A DNA stretch of 63,987 nucleotides, counting the filler, from Choristocarpus tenellus KU-1152 (Eukaryota; Protista; Phaeophyceae), in the NCBI GenBank assembly GCA_964200185.2. It is 13 parts of 13 records of this genome, joined end to end, with 100 filler letters (N's around TTAATTAATTAA, not from the genome) between each part and the next. Parts side by side here need not be neighbours in the genome. Positions count along the whole stretch, not along the records: positions 11,766 to 17,516 come from CAXNAD020009846.1; positions 17,617 to 23,041 come from CAXNAD020010823.1; positions 23,142 to 26,243 come from CAXNAD020022311.1; 10 more parts are not named here. One strand, 5' to 3'. Within the stretch, counting starts at the first letter, position 1; every line of letters begins with the position of its first letter. A model generated the notes under the pieces. It was given only the letters and a program-made list of their open reading frames with translations. It had not been told where the DNA came from and did no database searches. A program made the position numbers and the translations under genes. Shown one piece after another: positions 12,481-26,012 of the stretch.

Positions 12481-13110
12481 GAGTCAAAGTATCTTAGAGG
12501 GTAGAGCCGCGTCCGTTTGGGGGACAAAATCCAATGTTGCTATTTTGATGTAATTTTTGCTATCGTGGTTGTTAGGAAGTGTCAGTATCCTTGTTCCGAC
12601 ACACCTTTCCGTAAAGTATACATTTAACCTACTCCGAAACATTTCAGAGTAGTTAAAATATCATAAAAAACCTGTGGGAAGTCAAGCCCCAAACCGACAA
12701 ACAGGACAAAACTCATACCCTCTAAGATACTTAACAGTATGTTCGTGAGATCAGGAACGGATTATGAGATAAGGAATGAGAAATATTTCGAAACTATCCT
12801 GCAGGCCGTCGATCAATTTCAGTGTGAAAGCTTTCAAAGGGCCAGATTAACAAAAAAAGCATATCTCACTCCACAAGTAACAGCTTACAATTTTTGGCGT
12901 TTTGAAAACTTTTTCACAAAAATATTGATGAGCTCTCCCTCTTGTGTTCGCAAGCTTTCACTCCAAAAAACCGACAACTTCAAGAATCTGGCCATTTGAA
13001 AGTTTTCACACTGAAATTGATCGGCGGCCTGCAGGATGGTTTCGAAATGTTTCTCATTCCTTATCTCATAATCCGTTCCTGATCTCACGAACATACTATT
13101 ACTTTCACTC
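12481..13110. mobile_element. MITE family I with another MITE inserted in its right TIR
   Basis: GAGTCAAAGTATCTTAGAGGGT ... CCCTCTAAGATACTT[insert]ACTTTCACTC; flanked by TTA/TTA. Confidence 0.9.
12733..13100. mobile_element. 368-bp MITE with ~115-bp TIRs and 4-bp TSD ACTT
   Basis: 12733-12848 is a near-perfect inverted copy of 12985-13100 (AAYAGTATGTTCGTGAGATCAGG...). ACTT lies at 12729-12732 and 13101-13104. Confidence 0.92.
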
Positions 13111-13297
13111 TTAGATCGTTCGCCACACCTTTATTGATGAATCGGACGGACTACGGAGGTGGCTAGCCCTATATCTTAACCTTAACTCTAACTCCAAATA
13201 CTAACTCTAACCCCAATCCTACTCCCAACCCCAATTTGTGGAAAGTTATCTCCCTAGTCCGTCCAATTCATCAAGAAGCCCTTTACGAACCATCTAA
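13111..13297. mobile_element. Older MITE with ~48-bp imperfect TIRs and a degenerate (CCCTAA)-like core
   Basis: TTAGATCGTTCG...GATGAATCGGACGGACTACGGAG is inverted relative to CTCCCTAGTCCGTCCAATTCATC...CGAACCATCTAA. Confidence 0.75.
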
Positions 13298-16200
13298 TTT
13301 ACTCAGATATCGGAAATTTTCCAGGGATTTTCTCCAGGTCAGCAAATTAAATGGTCCCGTCAGCTGGTTAAACTGGGACCACAAATATTCGGTATGATAC
13401 GGTCCATGTCTACTAGGTATTGAACCGGTCCATTTCCACTGGTCGGACCAGGTCTAGCATTCTCAAACATGTCCGGACCATGTCCATTGAGTAATTGTAT
13501 GGGTCTATGTTTGTCCGCCAGCCAGTCTAACATTTTACTTGCATGTCTGGACCATGCCAATGGTCAGCCAAACGTTTCTGGCATGTCCGGACCATGTCCA
13601 CTACGTGTTGTCCTAGTCCAACAACAATGAAAAATGTGACATGTACATACAGCAGGAACTTAGAAACCAAAACCCGATTACATACGATAACGTATCAACC
13701 AACTTTTTAAAACGTCAAAATAACTACTTCATCCATGTAATGAGAGGAGAAGAGACACTACAATAATATAATAGTAGTAGTAAATACAGTCAGTTCCATC
13801 TACTGTACCTTCTTACTATTTATCTTACTCACCTCTACTATGTGGAAAGGTTGGGGAGAATGCACTGTAGCGGCAACAATATTGCTGGTCTTACGAGGGT
13901 TATTCCACAGTGTTCAACAGCCTTCGTTTCTTTCCAACTCAGTGAACCTTGTCGACCTCAAGGATGTTGACTATCTGTACAAGGATGATGAGCGCTTCCT
14001 CAGGTGCAAGGGGAACGCAAGGCTGCTGCCTTCCATTCTTGCAGTGGGCATGGGGCAATATATACATCCGATATAAATTTGAGGACATGCAAGGACGAAA
14101 ATTCACCAATTTTGGAGCATCCCTATCTAATCATCATTTGTCCAACCCCTGGAATGCAGCTGGTCGTGCCCCTACGCAGTCATCGGCGTTGCTGGAGCCG
14201 ATATGTCTGGAAAGGGGGCGAATTCCCAGGCGGTGGGGGGGGATAACAAAGAACAAGAGCTGTGGATGACGGACATGACTCCATGGAGAACAGGCAACAA
14301 GTTCATCACAGGTGAGACCGCGAAGCAATACGACAAGCACCTTGCACGACTTTGCAACTAAGGTGTACAATGTATTTCCTCTCGAGAAGGATGGTGGGCA
14401 CAACTTAGATCCCTTGTTGTCTTGGTTAGATCATGGGACCAAGACTGCGCTGTCAGCGTCGTCACATTGGCTGCACCAGATTCACAGGTTGCTATTAGGA
14501 GAGCTGACGCCAACGTTTGGGTAGGACACATATGTTGATATACTCTTTCAAGGACATGGGTTGCTTCGATACCTTCCCTAGGGAAAAACAAAAAACGTGC
14601 CTTTATCCACCTGCGAAATCGGTTTGAAGGGCAGAGAGTTCAAATATCTACGCCTAATTCCGCTATTATCGAAACTCTAAACTGTAGATTGCTTGTTCTA
14701 CAACTCTATATTGCAACAGACTTGTGGCACACACTAGGGATAACTTGATACCCTATTGTACTTTCTAGCTACTTGTGTTGTAGAGTCGTACGATGTGCTG
14801 GGGAGTACCAGGAGTTAGCATTTGCAGGGTTTAGCGTGGCCAGGGTCCTGCCTATGGGCGCTGGTCTGCCCATAACTCTGACACGCTGGGAAAGTTGACG
14901 GCCATAGATTGAAAAGTATTTTTGTACTACATAGTAGTTGTTAACCAATTTGCTTGATCAAAGAATGCTCCAATTTTTTTCCAAATACATGTGGGGGAAA
15001 ATGTGTTTCTCTTGTATCCTTCACCAACCTGTCAGGAAGGTATGATCAACATGCGATAGACTTTTTGAAGTAAAAGTAGACAGCTAGTCTTCTTACCGCC
15101 TATTTTTTTAGCGTCGCCTTAGACTGGCCTGTGGCCCAATCCAGATAAGATCTTTGACATCCCTGGTCCGGATATGATGGTGATGGAATCTATCCATTCT
15201 GAACGCTACTGTTACTAGTTCAGAACATATATCAACACATCGTAACACCTCACACACACCTTACAAACTTGGCAATGTAACCCCTTCCACCCATATGTAT
15301 TGTCTACCTTGAACTTCAATCTTCACCTCCCTCACCCTACATGTCTATGTTAGTGTCTAGATTTGTGGATCTGGTTTGTGACCCCTTGGAGAAAGGACCC
15401 ACCCACTTCTATGTGGGCTACACTCTTCTAAGGTTTTGTTTTTCAATTATTTTCCTGGTCCTGACATTTCGGAAAATGTTTGAACCTGTTGAGCTTGTAT
15501 TATAGACAGGCATGGCTTGCGGACCGGACAGGTTCCAATACTTGGTGGAACATGTCAACAAAATATTGGAACCGATTTGAACCTTTCTCATTTGCCCAGC
15601 TTGATGAAAAGTCCATACTATTTGTAGGACACAGAGATTCTGTCGTGCAGTCAGACGAAACACTCAGTAATGGTGCAGTCATATTTCCCCACTTAGTCAT
15701 AGTAGTAGTATCTCAAGTCTTAAGGATGCATACATCTACAATACATGAACCTATATGAGAAACATAAGTCTACATATCAACAAGCTATGAACCTGTCAAT
15801 GTGTGTATGCAAGACTCTAGATATATGAAACCGAATATTTATGTCTCCACAACATAAAAAGGGAACAGGTAGATATACTATATACTACAAACAATCGCGC
15901 AATCTGAATATTGCTCAAGGCCACAATCTCGTAGAGGTTGAAACTTAGAACTGGTACTCGAACTTAGTATTGAAGGCTAGCACGGTACAGCAGTAGATGC
16001 TCACCTGCATCAGCGGCACCGCCTTTGTTACGATGGTGGGATGTGTTGTGCGGTTTAAAATACGTACCAACAAAGGCTTGCTACACACATACACCAACTT
16101 GGAAGGGTAACTCGTTTCTCGGTTGGTATACCGGGAATATGGTGATCAAATGTGAGAAACATCTGTCCAAGCTGAGATGATAGAAGGAAAAACTGTGCTC

Positions 16201-17616
16201 TGTTGGAGTGTCCGGCTGATGGCGCTTTACTACTTTGGTTCCACTGATGACCTGCCCTGAAGATGAGGCGTGTCTGCCCACATGTTGCCGCTCCCTTTGA
16301 TTCCGGTCTATACGCGTAATTAACCCTAATTCCGATATCCTGACCCTAACCTTGCCCCAAGAACGTGATGACAACATCACCCCTTTTCACCAAAATATCA
16401 TGGGCTCTGATTACTTTACGTTTGCGTCCACTACTACTTGAATTCATTTGGTGTGCACGAACCAATCACTAGTGTGAAGGGCTGTCAAAGAATGCCTAAC
16501 TACTCGTAACCCTTCCACACTGACCAATCAATGCCATCACTTCAGTGGCACATCTCCTAGGCATTGGCTTCTGCTGCAAAGCAAGGGTCACGCTCCCAGG
16601 CCGGGAGGCACCCCCCGTGAGGAAGGAACCATTCAAGGCAGAGATGCGTCGGTGAGAGGTATATTTATACCTTTATTATTAGTACACAGAAGCATATTGT
16701 AAGTGTATGATACTTTATCAAATAGTACTATTGATTTTATTCTTGATCAATTTGTTCAAAACCAACGAAAAATCAAGATCTCAATCGATTTTTTTTTTCT
16801 TCTATGGGTTGACTGTTTTATTGCATTCATTTCTTATTGTGCTGCAGGATCCGCTCTATAACTTCGTTGTGACCACTTCACAATGCTGGGCATGTCGTGT
16901 GGGCTTCTATTGGTCGAATCGATCGAATTCTTTGAGCTGATTGGTCAAACTTCGTTTATTTGACCGTAGTATTTATACTGGTATGTAGGACACGGTATAC
17001 ATACAGTACATATTTATGTGTGTGTTGGTGTTTGTAAGCGACCAGTTACCTGTTGGTTCCTAAACTGAGTGTCCACAAGAAGCTCGATTCAGCTCAATTA
17101 GGTCTCTAGGTCACCAACATATGAGAGGTTAGGAGGGAGCAGTACCTGACCTGTGTGTTCCGAAGAGGTTTGTAAACGATTAGGCGTGCATACTTCTTGG
17201 TTCGATGCAATCGAGCGTGGCTGCACATACATACAGCCATGCCTCATTGGTACAATGCTATGCTCTGCTCCCTGGAATATCCAAAGGGTGTAGGATTGAG
17301 GCTGGTGTCCTACTGTGGACTAAGCTTGCGCCTACTTGAGGGTATACCCTTCGTCTGTTGAAATTGTGATATTAGTACCAACCTGAGTTCAAACAACCCT
17401 CAGGGTTATGGTTAGGATTGGGGATAGGACTAGGGATATGGCCTTAAGAGTTGGTGCAGAGCATTCCCATACAACAGTGCTACAGTCCAGAACCCCTAAC
17501 CATAACCCTACATAGTNNNNNNNNNNNNNNNNNNNNNNNNNNNNNNNNNNNNNNNNNNNNTTAATTAATTAANNNNNNNNNNNNNNNNNNNNNNNNNNNN
17601 NNNNNNNNNNNNNNNN

Positions 17617-18982
17617 TATTGATTATGTTTGCAGGGTAGATGTGACTAAGTAAAGTAAAGTATTCTTGGGTAAATGAACTGCTTGTGAGGACATATTAGC
17701 AATTTGTACTACCCCTGATCCATTATCAGAATCCCACGTTGTAACTGTTTGAGCAACTGCAATAAATTGCGAAGGATCATAAATATTTAATGAACTATTA
17801 TCATGAAAGGAACAGATACGTGGTTCTACAACAGCGTCACAAGTTACAGAGGGGTTTTCCTCACTTACAGTAGATACAAGCGTTTCAGATTCTGGTGGAA
17901 TGGAATTTTTTTCCTTCAAGCGAAATGGTGTAGAAGGAACTTTTGCTTGTATAGCTGCTATTTGAACAGGGGATGACATATCAAAAGAAGGGTTAGTACG
18001 ATGAATGGCAGGTATGACAGTTGTGCTTTTTTGGAATGATAACCTTTGAGTTTTCCAGTCGTATGTCGCTCCAAAAGCATCAAGAATACTGTTATCAAGC
18101 AGAACATCATCAGGTCCTAAAGTGGGCAACACTAAAGCTTCAACTGGGATTGTAGTATCACCTAGTTGAAGAGAGAACCTGATAAATCCCATGATGGTCA
18201 AAGCACTGCCATCTGCAGAACAAAGGTTGATTGCACCTGCTGGAATTGATTCAATTGGGGAACTCTGGAGCGAAGGATGGGAAACTATAAATTTGTGAGA
18301 AATACATGGTATATCACTCGCAGTGTCCAAGGTCAAGGTAGCTACTTCAGAATTTACTTTTCCCTTCACATGTATATGTTTAGATGATGATTTTATACAC
18401 AAAGGAAGAGATGTGTATTGTGACAAAGCACTCGAGTATCATGGAAAAACATTTTTATTATTAAAACTCTGATCTGCACATAAAGGAAAAATTGGATGCG
18501 AAGCATGTTTATCCTGAAAATGTTGAGGAATAAACTGTGCTTGTGGAGCTAATGCTACACTAGACGAATCATGTTTTGCTCGTTTTACAACCCCATCGAC
18601 TCTTGTACTAGAACCGACTTCCAACCCAAAAGAACTACAGGGGTTGATGTCTTCTGGGCCCCATCAATTCCTACTGTACTTTATAGCTCTAGCTTCCTCT
18701 ATCTTTTTCTGTTTCTCCTCTTCCGTGACTCGGGGCGGCGCTCCCGGCATGTCAACATAATCCCTACACCATGCCCATTCATGGTTTTTGGACTTTTGTT
18801 GACAATGGGCATTCTTGCAGGTAAACCGATTTGACGCATGGTCTTCTTGTCGACGTTTTGCTCCTCTTTGAATACCATAAGCAGAGAGCGTCGAAGGGGG
18901 CTTCGAAGAGGCGTGAATGTTGTTTAAACGGTTTAAAGTTCGAACTTCTCGCTCGGTTTCTCTTGTCACGATCTCTCGGCAT
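17617..18982 (-). mobile_element. Ty3/Gypsy gag-protease remnant
   Basis: ORF 17623-18426 has the aspartic-protease context VKGKVN...LTLDTASDIPCIS and DVLLDNSIL. Upstream is a CCHC-like CKNAHCQQKSKNHEWAWC and a second frameshifted knuckle. Confidence 0.85.
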
Positions 18983-20093
18983 TAAAGAAAAGAGCTCTTA
19001 TATAGAATAGGAGAGGATCTGTATATAAGAGAGGGTTTTTCGCTTGCCCCTACCCTCTCTTATTTAGGTACATCCACTGTATGCCCAAGTACATACAATA
19101 CATCACACGTACTACTTGTATAGTTTATAGTACATAAAGTTCAGATAGGAATCAAAAATTGGCAGCACAGTAGAGCACTTCCTCAAAAGCATGCCACACC
19201 TATTATGCACAATGTTCTCTCTGGTACTAACACAGTGCTGTGAGGTGGAGAATGACATAATAGGATTTATTATTCGCAGTGTAAGGGCCCTATGCATGTG
19301 TGTGTCTGGGTTGCTATATGCTAATCAGAGGATATTTGTTGCTGTATCAAATTCTTCTAGTCGCAACTCTGGACCTTTCCAGAGGAGCAATTTCAATGCA
19401 CATATTGTAATGTGACATTGACAAGGTAGAGCTCGAACCTGCAGAAATTCCGACCCCTTCAGATTTAGTCCTATCCGTCTCATCCTTTGCTCTATTCCAT
19501 GTGTAGTGGGTGATGTTATCACTGGTGGGGTGGCGACGGGCTTGGCCAACACTAACAGCTTGTAGGTTCTTAAGTCCAATAGCAGCGTGGAGAAAAGTCA
19601 TCCATTGCCAGTAAATTGCTGGACCATTGCCACGCCGTATCACAGGCACTCCAACAACCACCACCTGAGACAAGGTGATAGACAGAAGAGTTAGCCCACG
19701 TCATAGTCAGGTCACATTAATGAAGGGGAGGAAAATGAGGTTGGCACCCATCATTGAAAAGCATAATTTCTCTACACTACATCTACATCTATTTCTTGCT
19801 CCTTATTTGGGTATGATAAAAATACCTGCAAAATCGAAATATTTCTGCTTTCGCTCTGCTTTTGAAATGAAGGGCTCAAAACGCAAAATATAAGAAGGAA
19901 ATTCCGATCGAACTTCAGGATTTCTTGTTAGTCTAGGCCTTGGGAATGCTTGTGTCAAAAAGCAATCGTGATTCTATTCACATGCAGAAGTGTGTAAAAA
20001 TGCCTCTGGGGAACTTGGGGGACAAAAAACCTGAACGCCAAAGTACAACCGATTTTTCGTAATCAACAGACCTACAAAATGTAGCTTCCTAGT

Positions 20094-20277
20094 GGCTCAA
20101 AGTATCTAGGGGGAGGTGGTGGCTGTCAACTCAGGGTCCATTTTTCCACGTCACGATTTTGGGGTGAAATTGGTTGCATGCGTCAGATGGATATTATGTA
20201 AGTGGACTTCTCCTGGTCAGGGTCCGAATGGACACCCTGGTGTAGACCCCCCTCCCCCCCCACAGATATTTTGAGCC
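20094..20277. mobile_element. MITE family II, full copy (~184 bp)
   Basis: GGCTCAAAGTATCTAGGGGG ... CCCCACAGATATTTTGAGCC. Confidence 0.88.
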
Positions 20278-21132
20278 TACCGATATAATACAGTGATTCG
20301 ATTTTATGGGCAAGAGTTGACGCACCCTCAAGAAGTGTAGATTAACCTCTGGTCGATGGGATTTTTTGCCGGTGTAATAATAGTTTTTAAGTATGTATCA
20401 CCTTGTGGTGCAAACCAAATTAATTTACACCTACCATTAAGTTGGCTACAGAAATATTTCGATCGGATTGAACTCTCAGCGTACAAGGAGACACAAGTGA
20501 TATTCGCACAGATTTGTCAAGTGACATGCGGCACGGCGAGGCAAACAGCCCAAGGGTTCCACAGGTCTCAGCAGGCAGATCCAAAACCATGAATAGTTCC
20601 TTTGTGTTCTCGGACACATTCAGTACTTCTGCTTGTGTTGTGACGAAAAATAATAATAAACGGAACCTTTTCAGTTCAGTTAAACAGTTATTCTGATTAA
20701 TCAGACCGATTGAACTATCGTGATTCACACCTCTAATGGTATTTACTCTTTTCTGGGGACTATCCCCATATGTGACCACCCTGACTCAAATTAGTGTGGT
20801 GAGGGCGTGTACATGAGCGTATATCAAGATGTTAGATAATCACCATTTTCCTACTATGAATACAAATTCACTCTTGATGTTGTATGCTAACTTGACCCTA
20901 ACTAGCCCCGACCCTGACCTAGAGCTGCTAGAGCTCTACACACTTGACTACTTCTCATTAACGAACTAAATGTCACACTGACTAATTGTATTGCATTAAT
21001 GCCTCCATAAATAAGGTTTTCCGTGTTCTTTTTCGTGATTTTTGGGACAGACTGGAAGATACAGCTAGGTGTACCTTTCTGTTGTGCCTGCCACATGTTA
21101 GTTGTATCACAGATTCCCTTGAAAGAAAGTTT

Positions 21133-21182
21133 GATCTCAGTCGGGTTTGAACCCACTCATTCCAACATCGGAAGCCGATACA
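21133..21182 (-). pseudogene. 3' half of a tRNA-like sequence (possible Arg-CCG)
   Basis: Minus strand: TCGGC-TTCCGAT-GTTGG stem-loop, then GTGGGTTCAAACCCGACTGAGATCA (T-arm/B-box). No D-arm found. Confidence 0.35.
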
Positions 21183-21820
21183 ATACAAGGACACTTTATT
21201 ATCTGGAAGAAAGTGAAACACTCTAGAGAAAAATATCATGGTAACATCAGGTTTGGGGGAATGTGTGATTTCATCAAGGGTGACGATGTAATCACAGACT
21301 ATGAACATGAAAGCGGTCTCCCAAAAACACTATAACAAATTCCACTTCTTTCCAAAGTGCGTAAAAAGCATATGCCCAGTAAGTTGAAGCAAGTATTCCA
21401 CAGTTCTATATGTTATTCCCAATTACTTCCAAGCAAAATATATACATGCACAATACACCCTAAAAAACCGCTCATCCTTATAGAATGGTCTTGGGAACGA
21501 GTAGAGCACGCAAGGTACTGCAGATCAAGAATGATACTTCTAAGAAGTAACGTAGAGAATTGGAACTAAAGAAAACGTTTTGTCAACACAACTTCGTTAA
21601 TAACAGTTCAGATTATTGAATATGTGACAAATGTTACCGTTTTGAAATACACATCTGATATCAATGTATTTTCCTTTGCATCCCATTCTTGAAATATAGT
21701 GTTCGCACAATATACATACAGTTGTCAGGGTTGAATCAATGTCAAAAATTAATCTCTTATAGTTGTTATTTCCTCGTTTGATATGTAGCATAGTTGTTAG
21801 TAAAATAGGAAATAAAAAAA

Positions 21821-22060
21821 TGTCTTTCACATTTCTACAAGTGTTACTTTATTGGGGATTGTTCTGACATTTGAATGGGTTTTCATTGGTTTTTCCCCTG
21901 ACACATCTGCAAAATGTCAGAGGGCATTGTAATAAATTTGTACTCTGTATATTCTATTATTTTATTATTATACCCTCTGACATTTTTCAGACGTGTCAGG
22001 GGAAAAATCAATGAAAAGCTAGTTCAATATCAGAACAACCCCTGAAAAAGTAACAGTTGA
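21821..22060. repeat. Foldback inverted repeat (~85-bp arms); further arm copies at 22488-22592 and about 51083-51187
   Basis: TGTTACTTTT...CCCCTGACACATCTGCAAAATGTCAGAGGG is inverted relative to CCCTCTGACATTTTTCAGACGTGTCAGGGG...AAAAGTAACA. Confidence 0.8.
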
Positions 22061-22984
22061 TATATTCTAGTATCCTTGGTCACATCTTGTACCATGTTCT
22101 TCCATCATTTTCGACCAAGGTATAATTCTATGATGACCCTATATACTCCTCAATGCTTTGTCAACTACAATGAAAATTGAACACCTAGGGTTTTAGGGAT
22201 GCACTTTGATGTCGTCGGGAACCTTTAATGAAATGTGCAGTTAATAGTCCCGTGTGTTTGTGTGAGTGATGAGAATTGAACATTAATTCAATATGCTTTT
22301 GTCGTGTCCGTCACAACACAAGCAGCTCTATCAAGACATGTCATGCGTTTTAAGCTGGATACACCAGGGAGATGGGCAAGGAGGGGCTATTCGGACTCTT
22401 GGGAGTGTAGGGCTAAGATAGGTTGAGGCATAGGAGGGGAGTGGTGTAGCATAGGTGGTAGTAAAATAGTGAATGGATGATAGAAAAATGTCTTTCACAT
22501 TTACGACAACTGTTACTTTTTCAGGGGTTGTTCTGACATTTGAATGGTTTTCCGTTGGTTTTTCCCCTGATACATTGGCAACATGTCAGGGCATAATAAT
22601 AATAACATATTATTGTATAAATCAGCGATTCAAATTGAGTTGGTATATTGCTGTATGACTAGGAATGCAACTGTTGATGGTATATATGGAATTAATTTAG
22701 CGTTATTGTAAAATGCGTAGCGCTATACTGCTCCACCAACCTCCGATTTCTTACTCGGTGGAACCTTTTGGACTAGTTGGGGACCCACCAGGCTACTTTC
22801 TTCTATTTTTAGCATTGATATAAATTAGGTATAATAGTGCTCCAGATTACAAAGGTTGTAGATGCAACACACCCCACGTACATTGTTGCCTAGAAAGCAC
22901 ATACAATATGTACTTCTCCCCTGTCAATTCCCTTACCATCCTACACAAATGCTCACAATTTCAATTCCAAGGGTCATACACAGA

Positions 22985-23041
22985 GAGTGAAACTATCTTA
23001 GAGGGTACGAATTTTTCCCTGTTTGTACATTTGTGGGAGAT
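22985..23041. mobile_element. MITE family I end, truncated by contig end
   Basis: GAGTGAAACTATCTTAGAGGGTAC. Confidence 0.8.
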
Positions 23042-23141
23042 NNNNNNNNNNNNNNNNNNNNNNNNNNNNNNNNNNNNNNNNNNNNTTAATTAATTAANNN
23101 NNNNNNNNNNNNNNNNNNNNNNNNNNNNNNNNNNNNNNNNN

Positions 23142-23213
23142 AAAAAATGCAACATGGAAAAATGGGCCCCGAATGAACAGCCTCCACCCCCCCTCCCCCA
23201 GATACTTTGAGCC
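23142..23213. mobile_element. MITE family II end
   Basis: C-tract + CAGATACTTTGAGCC at contig start. Confidence 0.8.
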
Positions 23214-23581
23214 TTTCCGGTCCACAAGGAGGGTTGTCACAAATATCAGCGGAGGCTGTGTTGCTTGTAGGTGGACTTCCGGTTGGAAGTAAGTCAATGT
23301 CTTCGGCTGTTTTAGGGGCAAGAGTCTTTCGTTAATGACAAGTTGCTTGGTCAGTGGCTCCTACATTAGGGAGGTCCGACTTGTTCTCTTCCCTATGGGC
23401 TGCGATCATCTCTGTACATTCAGGTATTCAAGCAAATTTGCACCATACGTCATCACTGGCCGGTGAACGTCCTTGAAGGCAAAGCCGGTACAAACAATTG
23501 CAAGTGGCCTTTCTTCCCACATCGCTCTTGTGGTCAACAATGCCCTCTACTTTGTCGGACCCAGTAATTGGCTGTGCCTTT

Positions 23582-23840
23582 GAGTGAAAGTATCTTAGAG
23601 GGTACAAGTTTTGCCCTGTTTGTCCATTTGGGGCTTGGATTATCACGGGTTTTTTATTACATTTTTTCCACTTTGAATTTTTTTGGATTAGGTAAAATGT
23701 GTACGTTATGAAAAGGTGCGTCCGAAACAAGGATATTGACACTTCGTAACAAACACTATGCCCGAAATTACATCAAAATCGCAACATTGGATTTTGGACC
23801 GCAAACGGACACTGCTCTTTTTTTAAAGAAACTTTGACTC
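23582..23840. mobile_element. MITE family I (reverse orientation)
   Basis: GAGTGAAAGTATCTTAGAGGGTAC ... ACTTTGACTC; flanked by TTT/TTT. Confidence 0.88.
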
Positions 23841-23949
23841 TTTGACTCCTTATCAAGATCTGGTACCAGCAATGCCCGTCCGAAAAGGAGTGAGTTAAGG
23901 GCATCTATGACGGGTTCAGTAGCTCTCTTCCTTCCTTAAAAGGGTTTAA

Positions 23950-24800
23950 GCCTGGCCACATCAACTGTCACTTCACATCGGTCTTCCAAGCGTTTTACGC
24001 AACAAAGAATGGGTATTAAATGTGCCTTCACTTCGTAAGGTCCTCTCCACGGGGACAATAACTTGGGGTTTGAAGCCACGCTTTATCCCCTAGCTCATAC
24101 GTTGGGAGTTTGTATGGTTTACATTCTTAGATTTATTCTTCACTGCCATCTCACCAATATTTCGCCTGGCACGTTCGTACACAAACTGTAATTTTTCCAC
24201 TGATCTCGGACCATATTCTTGCACGGTTATGGGGGTGGCCTCAGGGACCCCCAAGATAAGATCAACAGGTAAAATTGTAAGCCTTCCAAACGTGACTAAA
24301 AATGGAGTTTCCTGAACAGTGTTGTCATAGGCTGTATTGTGTGCTAGGTTTACAGTGGGCAACAATGAGGCCCAGTGAGGTTGGTCCATATTCAGATACA
24401 TGGGCAGCGTACCATACATTGTGGAATGAATTCTTTCACATATGCTGTTGCCCTGGGGTCGATATCGAGCGGTCTTGGTTTTATGATAACCATGCACTTT
24501 ACGCAACTCAGTCATGACTCTATTCTCAAAATTTCGCCTTGAACAGAGTGGAGTGTTTCAGGGGGACAAAAAATGGAGAAAATATGATCGACAAGAGCTT
24601 TAGCCACAGTTTTTTTGCCTATTTGCAATGCCAATATTGGGAATCTTTTAAGGTGGATTAGGGCGTATAATACATATTTCGTGACTTCTGATGTGGTCTT
24701 ATATTTAACTAGGTCAATAGCAAGCCGTTGAAACGGACATGTAATGTTACAGCGTGCCCCTCAGAACTCACCTCCACAGGATGTACAACTCAAATCCAAC
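23950..24800 (-). mobile_element. Ty3/Gypsy integrase remnant
   Basis: PFQRLAIDLV near 24710-24740; RPQGNSICERIHST...W..LLP.V.LAHNT...ETPFLVTFGR in ORF 24090-24515; SPWRGPYEV (GPY/F motif) near 24030-24055; frameshifted. Confidence 0.9.
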
Positions 24801-26012
24801 AACCTTTGTACGGCGCTATGGGAAGGTTGCCCTTGATAACAGTTTATAGGGTGTCAGGTGTCCTTCTCTTCTTGATATTCCATTCAGTGCTTAGCTCAAA
24901 GCTCGACTCAAAGTTTCGTTCAAGATAAAAAGGTAAGGACTGGAGGTAAAAAGGGGTGATCATTTGACCACAAGCCCTCTTATTATTTTAATTATTCACC
25001 CAATTTCTTTGGTCTTCTATGCAACTGCTCTACACGTACTCCAATCATAAACCTTTATTCTGCAACCTTAAGGACTATGCATTACGAACCTTACTCTGTA
25101 TCTTCTATGAAATCAGCATTTATTCTGTTAGGCTACCTATGTGTTACTAATAGCGTATATTGTTCGCACTTGTTAGAACGCGAGAAACAATACTCGCACT
25201 ACATGTCTGTCACAATTGTTCGTGTTTGCTAAAACATGGGAAGAAATGCTCGTGCTATTCGCGTGTAACATGCCCCCCCGCGCGAACTAGCAATACATGT
25301 TTCACGCTCACCACAGGCGATTGTCACCAGTGAAGGTAATAGATATCTTCAATCACCTCAGATCATCCTGTGGCAAGGAGAAAAAAAGAAGAAAAAAATA
25401 CCTTACTTCTACTAGGACCAAGACATGTATCCTTATCGACTTGGAAATCTGTCTGTATCTAGCCTAATCGGAGTAAAATTTACTCTTTCTAAGGTACAGC
25501 TATCCTAAGGTGCCAAGTATCATCTGATTATTGCCTGTCTCTTGCCCCCCAAGCACTAAGCATACTGACAGCTGCTAGTGCGTAACACATGCAATAACAT
25601 CAACGTCGGCCTCCATCAAAAACGAAAAGAAAAGAAAAAAAAAGAAAGGAGGGAGGGAAAGAGGAGGGAGGACTTCAGCAATGTACAGCAAAGTAAGTGC
25701 AACTATACGGGGATACCTGGGCTGACAGAAAGCAAATAAATAAAAGAAAAGAAAAGGGATAAATAATTATTGATAATACAAAAAAATAAAAAAATAAGAA
25801 AAGGGAAAGAAAGAGAAAAAAGAAATGAAAAACAAAAGCACCCTATTAAAACTACTGCGGGCTGATATGGGTTACTACTACATGTTTCTGACTTTTCCTG
25901 TCTTACGTTCTGCGGCGACTAGGACTGTCAATGTTTGATTTCTGTGTTCTTATATGAATCGGTTAGTCCTCATGTACCTTGCCTTCTGGATATATAGTGG
26001 TTACCTGTTGGA

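Noticed and set aside
12739-13094. Two near-identical ORFs on opposite strands (MFVRSGTDYEIRNEK)
   Set aside because: A by-product of the MITE's long inverted repeats.
19200-19420. Possible hAT dimerisation-domain remnant on minus (LLLWKGPELRL...SFSTSQHCVS)
   Set aside because: Resemblance too weak and broken to support.
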